A stretch of 64,000 nt of DNA. Origin: Isurus oxyrinchus. Lineage: Eukaryota. Shown one piece after another: positions 36,480 to 47,325 of this stretch. The notes beneath the pieces were generated by a model. It searched no databases and was not told the DNA's origin. It saw only the letters and a program-made list of their open reading frames with translations. Numbering within the stretch: the stretch's first letter is position 1; each line of letters begins with the position of its first letter. The position numbers and the translations under genes are program-made. The stretch lies in assembly GCA_026770705.1 (NCBI GenBank), contig JANJGN010000071.1:2418001-2482000 (forward strand), given 5' to 3'.

Positions 36480-38140
36480 TAAGACTCAAGGCTGAAGGCA
36501 CAGCTGCTGATGTTGGAGTGATGGGATCGGGGGATGGTCAAGAGGCTGGAATTGGAGGAGCGCAGAGACCTCAGAGGGTTGGAGTGACTGGAGGAGGTTA
36601 CAGAGATAGGGAGGGTTGTAGGGGCTGAAAAAGTTAAGAGAGATTGGGAGAGTGTAGGGTCTGGAGGAGATTACAGAGATAGTGAGGGTTGTAGTGATTG
36701 GAGGAGTTACAGAGATAGGGAGGGTTGTAGGGGCTGGAGGAGGTTACAGAGATAGCGAGGTTTGTAGTGATTGGATGAGTTATAGCGATAGGGAGGTTTT
36801 TAGGGGCTGGAAAAGTTAAGAGAGATTGGGAGAGTGTAGGGTCTGGAGGAGTTTGCAGAGGTAGGGAGGGTTGTAGTGACTGGGGCAGGTTACAGGGGCA
36901 GGGAAAGTTGTCGGGACTGGAGCAGGCTACAGAGATACGGAAGCTTTTAGGGGCAGGAGGAAGTTACAGAAATAGGGAGGTTTGTAGTGGCTGGAGGAGG
37001 TTGCAGAGATTGGTAGGTTTGTTGGGCAGGATGAATTTACAGATATAGTGAAGTGGTAAAGGCTTGAAGAGGTTACAGAGAATGAGATGGTTGTAGGTCC
37101 TGGAGGAGGACGAGGAGATTACAGAGATAGTGAGGAATCAAAGATGAAAATTGTGACATTGAGACTTTGCTTGACCAGGAGCCAGTCTCGGTCATCGAGC
37201 AGAGCGGGTGATAAGGGAACGGGACTTGGTGTGAGTAAGGACGTGGTCAGCATTTTTGGATGGCCTCAAGTTTATGGAGTGTAGACCGTGTGTTGGAACA
37301 GTCGAGTCTGGAGGTAATGAAGGCGTGGATGAGGGTTTCAGCAGCAAATGAGCTGAGACAGGGTGAAGTCGTGCGATGTTACGGAGGTGGAAATAGACGG
37401 TGTTAGTGAGGGCGCAGATATGAGGCCGGAAGCTCATCCCAGGATCAAATGGGACAACAAAGCTGTGAACAGATTGGCTTCAATCTCAGAGAGCTGCCAG
37501 GGAGAGGAATGGAGTTGGTAGCGAGGGAACAGAGTTTGGAGCGGGGAATGAAGACAATGGCTTCAGTCTTTCCAATATTTAATTGGAGGGAATTTCTGCC
37601 CATCCAGTACTGCATGTTGGATAAGCAGCCTGATAATTTAGCAGCTGTGGAGGAGTCGAGAGAGGTGGTGGTGAGGTAGAGCTGGGGATCCTCAGTGGAC
37701 AGGTGAAAACTAACACTGTTCAGATGATGCTGCAAAGCCATTGCAAGTGATTCTCTGGCTACGATGAGATGGATAAGAATGGAGCCAGGGGAGAGCAGTC
37801 CCACCCAGCTGGACGACAGTGGAGAGGTGTTGGAGGAGGATGGTGTGGTCGAGCGTGTCAAAGGCTGCAGACAGATCGAGAAGGACGAGGAGGGAAAGTT
37901 GACCTTTGTCACAGTCACACAGGATGCCATTTGTGACCTTGATAAGAGCTGTTTCAGCACAGTGGCTGGGGTGGGAACCTGATTGGAGGGATTCAAACAT
38001 GGAGTTCCGGGAAAGATGGGAACGGATTCGGGAGATGGAAACACGTTCAAGGACTTTGGAGGGGAAAGAGAGGCTGGAGATGGGACGGGGGTTTACACGG
38101 ACGGTGTGAGGGGTGGAAGGTGTAGTGGGGAGGAGATACT
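36480..38140 (-). mobile_element. L2 LINE fragment with embedded 37-bp minisatellite (36585-37130)
   Basis: RPISSLSFPSKVLER, HCAETALIKVTN, LVLLDLSAAFDTLDH and LQLNIGKTEAI; 37275-38140 duplicated at 61875-62745. Confidence 0.88.
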
Positions 38141-38364
38141 TCACTCAGGGGGGAGGTGTCATCACCCCTCAGCTCGGTTTACGTTACAGCTATGATGTGG
38201 ATTCAATCACACACAATAAGCTCATGGATCTGGGAGCAGAAATAGACAAATCATTAAAAATAGTGACGCTGGTTAACACGGCCAAAAAACAAGCAAATCA
38301 AACACTATTATTTCCCATTGAGTGTTGGATGTGAATTGGTGAGTAATTATAACACAGCACTTAC

Positions 38365-38742
38365 CAGAAACATGAAGCTGGGTTTCAGGGTAATAGTTAT
38401 GGCTCGGACCATTGTCAAATTTTATTGTGAACAAATAACGTCCGGCATCTTCCCATCTGATGTTGTTAATAATCAGGGAACAGTCGCCATCTTTCAGGTC
38501 TCCAGACAGTCGGCTCCGATGGTGGAACTGTGGTAACTCGTGACTGTGATCCTTGGAGTGAAAGGCTACAGACCATTTAGAATATTTGTTCCGTATGTAC
38601 CTTCTCATATACCAGATTCCAACATGTCGTTTCTTTACCAAATCTGATGGATAACTGTAATGACATGGAATCTGTACACACGAAACTTCCTGTGCTGTCA
38701 ACGCTCGTGGAGTGTCACCTTTCCACTCTTGTGACAGTCCAA
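38365..38742 (-). CDS. Siglec-like gene A V-set exon
   Basis: 378 nt, phase 1-1; Siglec cysteine pattern CVQIPC...W...GDLKDGDCSL; F strand reads YLFTIK (essential Arg absent). Confidence 0.92.
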
Positions 38743-38984
38743 CTGGGGAGAGAAATATCAATATTTAACTCTGGATGGTTTGTAGATCCACTAGACTCGA
38801 TATCCACCCTCTCCATCACTGGGGCACAGTGGCTGCAGTGTGGACCATCTACAGGACACACAAGGAACTCCCCAATGTTTCACAATGGATGGAAGAGAAT
38901 CCTGGAAACAGGAGTGGACTAGTTCATTCTACATTGGCTCATGTCCTCAGGACCCTGTTTGTGCACAAGCCCGCTATCCAACAG

Positions 38985-40667
38985 AACTGAAGTTGGGGAA
39001 AATCCATTTGGAATTCCACTGTCCAGGGCATTGGGTTAACTTGCTGAGTTTGTTTTAAATCTAACATCTATCTTTGGTCTGTTGCCTTAAAGGGAGTGTA
39101 ACTGGGAGTCAGGTTAATTAGGAATTTTAGGAGTTATTATAGCAGTCATTGTAGTTTTATGTATGTGCTTGAAATCTTTTATTTTGATGACAAATATTTT
39201 ACTTTATTGTTTTAAATCTGTAAAGGTCTTGGTGTAATTATTGCTTCTGAATTCAGTGCACATATCTCATAATAAATACAAATTGCAAAATCATTATGAT
39301 CATGTGACCAGGTTTCTCTCATGGACTTGGTCTGCCTGGCACACATCACCTGCCAAGTGATAACACTGTTGTAATATGCCTTTCAGGGACAGCAGCATGA
39401 CATCACTCGAGGGGAAGTGTGTCATGTGATTTTTAGGAACTGGAGTTGGCTTAAGTAAGTTCGATGTGTATTTGTGTGCGTTAGGCATAAGGTCTATCTT
39501 TAAGTTCAAGTTTAGTTTGTATTTCTGTATTTGGGTGTTTAGAAAAGGGGGAACTTGACTTAAAAAGAAGCCAGCATTCCATTGAGGTTTTATGTCTCTT
39601 GAAGGGAAGTCAAAACAAATACAAGGTGTAAGAAACTGTGCTGTTGCCTAGTAACAGTGATCCAGAGGGAAGGACCCACAGAGACAGAGAAAAACAGAAA
39701 AGTACTTTCAGTTCTGTTGAAAGGAGTTGCCAGGAGAAGCAGCAAAGGATTGGGACAGATAGTCAGTCCCAAAGTAAAGAAGGAGCCAAAACCATCGAGT
39801 GGAACAGGAGAAAGGGCCCAAGAAAACCTTCTTGTCAAATCTGGAAAAGGCCCTGTTAAGTGAAGTTAAGAGTGAGGAGCAGAAGAAGGCTTCAAGCTTA
39901 AAGGAAGAAGCAGCAGGACACAGGCCTAAAGCAAAATAGGCTTGTGAGAAGCCAGAAGATCCTAGGAGACACCACAGGTTGGTGACTCATTACTACGGCC
40001 ATGTGAAGCCATGGTGTTCCATTGACACGGCTGAGCATTGGAGAGACAGGGCGTGGAAGGAAGGCTGAATGCACGTGGCGATCCAGGGAACAGGAACATG
40101 GGAAGGAGAGTTTGAAATAGTGAAAGTGGTCCCTTGTGGAAGGTGTCTGAGTGAAAGTGTCATGTTGGAGAAGATTCCAAAGCGTGTCCTTGAAGAGTGG
40201 ATACTGGAAACCCTCATATGGATATCTCAGTTCAGTGAGACTGGTTGGCTCACAGTGTAACAAGCGTCTGGGGTCAGATGAGGAGGGAGACATAGCATTT
40301 GTTTCAAGTGGGTTCTGGCAATTGCTTTAAGAGTGTGGTGTCCCTGACCCCAGGTCGTCTATTGGTTTACATCGACTGTGTACTTAGTGTGAACATGAGA
40401 GTATAAGATAGCTATTGTAACTTGTGTTCTACTTATGAATCTGTAAATGTATAGGTCTGGGTGAAGGAGTAATGTAATATAGTTTGTCTTTCCTAGTTTA
40501 ATAAATGTTTTATTCTTTTGTTAGACGTTCATCAGATGATTCCTGTGACTCTGTTCAGTAGCCGCACTCCACATTCCAAAATAAAAAATAAAAGTTAGGA
40601 CCTATCAAGCTGAGCTCCACCCTGGGATCTGACTTGCCCAGTAGTAACATCAGCTGGGATGATAACA
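38985..40667 (+). mobile_element. Two adjacent LTR-like elements (3' part ending TAACA at 39365; about 1.3-kb solo LTR 39367-40667)
   Basis: TGTT...AACA termini, AATAAA near the 3' ends, absent from the paralogous gene B intron. Confidence 0.6.
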
Positions 40668-40669
40668 CC

Positions 40670-42650
40670 ATCCAGTCCAAGTTTCACTTTGGCCTGTGAG
40701 CAGAACACAGCTCACACAGTTTGGCTGCAGGTGTCTCCCAGCTTTCTATCCTTGTTCTCATGTCCCTGTTCTTAATAAATGAACCCACAATGTATTTACC
40801 CAATTCCGTATCAGTTGTTGGTGCCTTTATATCATTATAAAAACACAACATGGTGATCAGCGGTGGCCAAACATTCTGGCAGCAAGATTCAGTACAGGTA
40901 TGACGTGGTGAACAGCCTTAGATCGAGCTACATGACATGAGACGACCCTCGACGCTTTGGTCAGACCACAACAGAGACACAGCATCAGAGAGGGTTGAAA
41001 TCGCAGTGTACTGACTGCTCAGGAAACCTTTGAAGACACAGTGACGGGAAAGAGCTCAAGTAAAGAGCTGGGGAGCAGACGGATCCCTCGTGGTGAGATT
41101 ACAGCACACGGCCTGTAGGTCAGTGAGTGGGACAGTGTGTATCGCCAGGACCAGCAGCGGGTTAGCTCAGTCAGGGAAGGCGAGTGACCAGGGTGTGGGC
41201 TGGATCGATAGTGAGCGAGGGAGAGTCAAACACACAAAAACCATTATAAAAATCAGCCCAGAGAAGTTAGTGATTTTAACGGGCGGCTTCGAGATTGCTG
41301 AACAGCAAATTGAATAAAAAACAAAGACTCCATTACTCCGTGGTGTGTTCCTGCCACAACCCGTCTTCGTGGGCGGAGCTTCGGAAAAGCACACAAAAGG
41401 GGCTAAAGCGACACTCATCCCAGGTCCTGTAGGAGAAGGAAGGTCAAAGGAATATTGTCAGAATGTCCACGAAATTCCCCAGTTTGAACTGGGATGTAGC
41501 TGACCGACAATCTGAATTCAGAATGTTTAAACAGCGTACAGAGCTCTGGTTTCCTGATTCAGCTGTGACTGAACCAGACGAGCCACCCATAAAAATTCAC
41601 CTCGCGATTGGGAATGAAGGTCTACACAGGCTGAACACGTCAGGATTAACAGCAGAAGAGCGAAAGGATCCCCAATAGATATGGACGACATTGGAAGACA
41701 GGTTCAGAATCAGGTGAAACTCCATATTCATCAACTAGAGTTTATGTCATTTCATCAGCCTACACAATCCATAGACCACTTCATCAGCCGATGTAGAGAA
41801 AAGGGTACGCACTGTGATTTCAAACACAGAGCCTGCAGACAGAGTTGTTGAGTTGGTGATCGCATCCACTCCCATGGAAGCCTTCCAGAAAGATCTGCTA
41901 GATAAGACCAAAACCTATAGCATTGAAGAGCTACTCAAGGATGGACATAAATACGAAGTGATCCTCGCAGGTCAACGAAGCTTACAGGTCCTCAGTACAA
42001 CATCAATTATTGACACACTCACTAGAACATCCAAACCTAGTGAGACGTGTGGAAGGTGTGGCCTTCTGCAGGCACCATGGAAATGCCCAGCTTTCCACCA
42101 ATCCTGCAAGGCTTGTGGCAGAAAGGGCCTTTGACAGCGGCAGGGCACTAGAGCAAAGGCTGATGCAGCTACAAAGAGCCGTGCGCTGATCCAAACAAAC
42201 CCTGCACAATGGGGAACCTTCAAGCAATAAGAATGACCATCCGCTATCCCATCAGGAACATATACATGTGGTGACTGACAAGCCAGGAAATGGCGATGAT
42301 GTACACGACGAGACTAGGAGCGGTGATCAATATTCCACCTCTCACACATATCCTGACGTGGCTTGCCAAATAATTGTGGATTGTGGTCCTTATTGATCTC
42401 TCTTGGCACATCAAATAAACTGAAAATGTCCCATAGGGGTGGGATTTTCTGGCCCCACCCACTTCCATGATTGTCCAGTCCGGCCAAAAGCCAATGGATT
42501 TATGTCTGTCCCAGTCTATCCCATCAGCTCAGTTCATGACATAACATTGAAATATGCAGAAAGATTCAACAATATTGGCAGTTTCAAAGGAGCTGCAACA
42601 TTACACCTGCAGGACAATGCAAGTCTGTCAGACTCCTTGCATTAAAATTA
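40670..42650 (+). mobile_element. Ty3/Gypsy 5' LTR end, PBS and degenerate gag
   Basis: LTR end ACAACA then TGG PBS-like at 40851; gag MSTKFPSLNWD...FRMFKQR; knuckle CGRCG...CPAFHQSCKACGRKG. Confidence 0.8.
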
Positions 42651-44017
42651 ATACAATCCAACTTTGCCACGCGATCTTGAGCCTGAAATGGCCAATAATT
42701 TCTATGCCTTCCAGTTTCATTTGCTCTCTCTTCTAATTTTGGCTGTGCATCTCTCTCTGTTGAACCTCCTCTCGGGATCCCATCCCCTGCCATATTAGTT
42801 TAAAGCCTCCTCAATTGCATCAAGGGTATAATGTCAATTGAAACCAGGGACAACATCGAAGAATGACAATCCCACAGATCAATGTGAGCAATTAAAGAAA
42901 CCTCCAGACAACTTTGCCACCACAAGATCTCGACATAACAGCAGATTACCTCTACGCTTTAGAGACTCAAATATTCAACAGATCTATACACTTATGTAAT
43001 TGTCAAGAAATATGAAAATGATACCAGGAACCTCTTGTTCCCTGTCCTTCTCAAAGATCCATCCCTGCAGCAGGAGCCTGAAGAGTTACTGATGTGGGGC
43101 TTAATTTATCAGATTGTAGAATGATCCGGAAATGAAGGATGCCATTTGGCCCATCGAGCCTGTGCTGGGCCTTTGAAAGATCTGTCCAATTAGTCCCACT
43201 CTAACCTCTGCTCTCTCCTCCACAGCCCTGCAAAATGTCCCCTTCAAGTATTTATCCAGTTCCCCTTCTGAAAGTTCCTGTTGAATCTGCTTCCACCGCC
43301 CTTTCAGGCAGTGAGTCAATGGTCTCTCTCTGAGCTGCAAAGTGCTAATGTTCTGAGAACTTTAAACTCTGCAGCAGATCAGAGACAATCATGATAACTC
43401 AGAATATTTGACAGTTTTACACACGGACAGCTTTACCTTCCTTCTCTCTTTCAGTTATCTTGCTCCCTTATTGAAGTATCTAGCAAGGTGAGAATGGACA
43501 GGAAGTGTGACACTGAACAGCCTGTCTATTCTAGGAGCTGCTGTGTTGTCTTCATGGGAAATTCTGACAAAATCAGCAAAAGACACAAAATTTCAGGGCA
43601 TTGTTATCCGAGTCCCAGCATCAGGATAGACCTCATCCCCCAGTTGGTATTCCTGATTCTCTATGCAGCCGATCGCTCCCCTGTCACTGGCTGAACTACA
43701 CTGACTCCCAGTCCAGCAATGACTCAAATTTCAAATTCTCATCATCGATTTCTTACCCCACCATCCTCCCTCTACACTCCCGATCCCTGTAACCTGCTCC
43801 AACCCTAAAACCCTCTGAGATCTCTGCTCTCCTCCAATTCTGCTGTCAGACAGGGAGTCAGTGTATATCAGTGAGCACAGGGGTGATGGGTGAATGGGAC
43901 TTGGTGTGAGTTTGTACACTGGCTCACTGCTGAATCAGTTCCCAATCACACTCAATAAGAATGATCTTTTACAAAGACTATTAGCCATAAACCTGTCCGA
44001 GCTGACAACGTTATTAC

Positions 44018-44057
44018 CTTCGAGAAGTGACAGGAGGAAGTAGGATTTCCCGATCAT
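44018..44057 (-). CDS. Siglec-like gene A signal-peptide exon MIGKSYFLLSLLE
   Basis: Acceptor tttcacAG before 44097; ATG 44057; phase-1 donor GTAATA; in frame with the V exon; assembled protein 370 aa. Confidence 0.82.
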
Positions 44058-44507
44058 TGTCCACTCCCAGGTACTTCATAAGCTTCTGACTCTCAAACTG
44101 TGAAAGAGAAAGGAGTTAATGAGACCTCACCTCTTGTCCGACAGCTCTCAAGAGATCAGAACTGTTTTTGGACAATGTCTTTACAGACTAATTTGATTCT
44201 CTGTGGGATGATAGGTGCTCTGCAGAGAGTTACAAGGCTTTAAGAAAGAAAAACATTAAAGGATTTGCATTTCTATAGCACCTTTCACCACCTCAAGACG
44301 TCCCAAAGCTCATGTCTCTGCACTTCCCTCATCCCTTGAGCTAGAAAGATGTTCTGTACAACAGACTTGAGTCTCACACCCAGATCTCAATAATCAGTAG
44401 AAATCTTTCAAAGGCATCAATCATTGGAATCTGTCTTTATAAAGTCACAACATCAACAAAGGACGGTGTTGGTGGTGGAAGTGAATTCCAATCGTTCCGT
44501 TACTTAC

Positions 44508-44592
44508 CCAGGACCTGTCCGACTGCTCGCCTGGGGAGGAACTGCCCACACGCTCTGCTTGGGCTGAATGACCTCTTCCTGTGCTGCTCCCT
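44508..44592 (-). other. Putative 5' non-coding exon of gene A (copy of the gene C 85-nt cytoplasmic exon)
   Basis: GTAAGT donor; one visible difference from 56505-56589. Confidence 0.5.
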
Positions 44593-44628
44593 CTGTGTGT
44601 TTAATTAGAAAGGGTGGATGTGTCACTG

Positions 44629-44650
44629 TGAGACAAAATGAGGAAGTGGG
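44629..44650 (-). promoter_or_regulatory. PU.1/ETS site upstream of the gene A leader
   Basis: AAAATGAGGAAGTG (core 44640-44648); neighbouring AP-1 site degenerate (TGAGACA). Confidence 0.45.
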
Positions 44651-44869
44651 TAATCAGTGAGAAGATCGAGGATGTTTTGTGCTCTCAGCAAAACGTTTAC
44701 CATGTGTGATCTGTCAGCTCATATTTGGGCAGCTGTAGTCATGAAGCTTCTCCATTGGCTCCGTGGGATTAGACTCCTCCCCCTCACCACAGAGGCTGAA
44801 ACTCAGGCGATAGAGTCCCCAATACAGGTCTCGGGCCGTATGATACATTTCAACGACCCCTGTTATCAT

Positions 44870-45890
44870 TACGGAGGGAGTGCTGCACTGTCAGCGGGAC
44901 TCTACTGTGGGAGTGCTGCACTGTGGGAGGGTCAGTAATGTGGGAGTGCTGCACTATCAGAGGGTCAGTAATGGGAGAGTGCTGCACTGTCAGAGGGTCA
45001 GTAATGAGGGAGTGCTGCACTGTCAGAGGGTCAGTAATGTGGGAGTGCTGCACTGTCAGAGGGTCAGTAATGAGGGAGTGCTGCACGGTCAGAGGTTCAG
45101 TACTGAGGGAGTGCTGCACTGTCAGAGGGTCAGTAATGTGGGAGTGCTGAACTGTCGGCGGGTCTGTATTGAGTGAGTTCCGCACAGTCAGAGGGTCAGT
45201 ATTGAGGGGGTGCCGGACTGTGGGAGGGTTAGTACTGAGGTAGAGCCGAGTGTGAGAAGATATCCTTTCATGGCAAAGTTTAACTGGAATTTATTTAAAC
45301 AGAATTCTTGTACTGTGTGTTATTGCAAAAGAAAGGATTTGAGGAACTAAGTCTTGTTCCCGTAAGCCTAAAAATAATTTTCACCGATTCAATGATTTAG
45401 CATTGAAACCTCCCTCTTTGGGCACCAGTCTTGATTGAATCAAATCGAACAGCACCGTGGGAGGGTGAGTACTGAGGGAGTGCAGCACTGTGGGAGGGTG
45501 AGTACTGAGAGAGGGCTGCGCTGTGGGAGGGTGAGTACTGAGGGAGTGCTGCACTGTCAGAGAGTCTGTACTGAGGGAGTGCTGCACTGTCAGAAGGTGT
45601 GTACCGTGGGAGTGCTGAACTGTCGGAAGGTCAGTAGTGAGGGAGGGATACAGTGTCAGAGGATGAGTACTGAGGGAGTGCTGCACTGTGGATGGATGAG
45701 TACTGAGGGAGTGCTGCACTGTCAGATTGTCAGCCATGAGGGTGTGCTGCACTGTCAGAAGGTCAGTGCTGACAGGGTGCTGCACTTGAAAAGGGTCAAT
45801 AATGAGGTAGTGCAGCACTGTCAGAGGGACAGTAATGAGGGAGCGCTGCACTGACCGAGGGTCAGGATTGAGGAAACGCTGCACTGTCAG
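44870..45890 (-). repeat. Two 33-bp SINE-derived minisatellite arrays (44870-45240 and 45455-45890)
   Basis: Directly visible; they lie at the boundary between the gene A and gene B blocks. Confidence 0.88.
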
Positions 45891-46604
45891 TTCTGTGCGT
45901 GGTCTGCAATGTCCTAAGTGCATTCTAGGCACAGCCCAAGATTCCGCCTGATGTCTGTGTAACAACAACATCATGTACATGTCGAGAATAATTCTCACTG
46001 TGTTGGTGCAGCAAGACAGTTTTGGAATGGCACCACCACTGGCAGGAGTGTGCAGCTGCAATGTGACGTGTTTACATTGAAAATTTCCATTATAAAGATG
46101 GCCACAGGAATTCATCTGACTGGAAAAAGTGACAACATGAAATAATGTCTTTGAGCCAAGAATCTGGCAGCAAAATAAGAATTTTAATCCATAAGTATCT
46201 ACAGAAAAGGCTGAACATTTTAATCACTTGTGTTAATCAATGTAATTTTATTCATAACCCAAATGCTTCTTACAATCTATCGCAGCATGAAAAAGGTGCA
46301 GCATTCAGAAAGCACATTCCAATCAGAGAACAGAGTTTAGCAACGTCACATTTCTGTTCATTCCTATTTGACCATGTTGGCTGCACACAGCCAGACAATG
46401 CCGTGGTTATGATGTGTCCACACAGCAGGACTGGGGAGCACCAGGTATAAGGAAAAGTTTCAGCTTGCTGAGGAGAAGAAGGAGAATCTCTCATTCCAGG
46501 TTTCTCTCCGTACATTAAGAAGCAGGCATGCCGATGTTTCATTGCACTCTGTCTGCTGATGGGAGTCCGCTTGGAAATTGTTGTTTGTGCTGATGGAAAG
46601 AATA

Positions 46605-47210
46605 AGCTTTTCATAAATCGAGGGATTGAGTACAAACACAGGGAGGTTATGCTGAACATTTATAAAGCTCTGGTTAGGTCACAACTAGAGTATTGTGTCC
46701 AGTTCTGGTCTCCTCACTTTGGGAAGGAAGTGAGGGTCCTTGAGAGGGTGGGGAGGAGATTGAGCAGAATGGGTCCAGGGATGAGGGATTTTAGCTACAA
46801 GGTTGGGTTGGAGAAGCTGGGGTTGTTCTCCTTGGAGCAAAGGAGATTGAGGGGGGATCTGATCGAGGTGTACAAGATGATGATGGGTTTTGATACGGTA
46901 GACAAAGAGAAGCTGTTGCCATTAGCTGATGGGACAAGGACTGGGGGACACAGATTGAAGGTTGTGGGCAGTGGGGGGATGTGAGGAGGAACTTTTTTAC
47001 ACAGCGAGTGGTAATGAGCTGGAACTCGCTGCCTACGAGGATGGTGGAAGTGGAGACGATGAACGATTTCAAAAGGAAATTGGATGGACACTTGGAAATA
47101 AACTTGCAGGGATACGGGGATAGAGCGGGGGAATGGGACTGAGTGGATTGCTCTACACAGAGACAGCATAGACTTAATGGGCTGAATGGTCTCCTACTGT
47201 GCTGGAATGC
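46605..47210 (+). mobile_element. CR1 LINE 3' fragment (paralogue of 29005-29620)
   Basis: Near-identical translation. Confidence 0.9.
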
Positions 47211-47325
47211 CTCTCTGATACGAAGGTGATTCTAACCAGGACACTGACCAGTTTCATTACAACTTAACACAACATCACACGTTATTTGTCCGCACTGACT
47301 GACCAGATTGTTGCTTTACAAAGCT

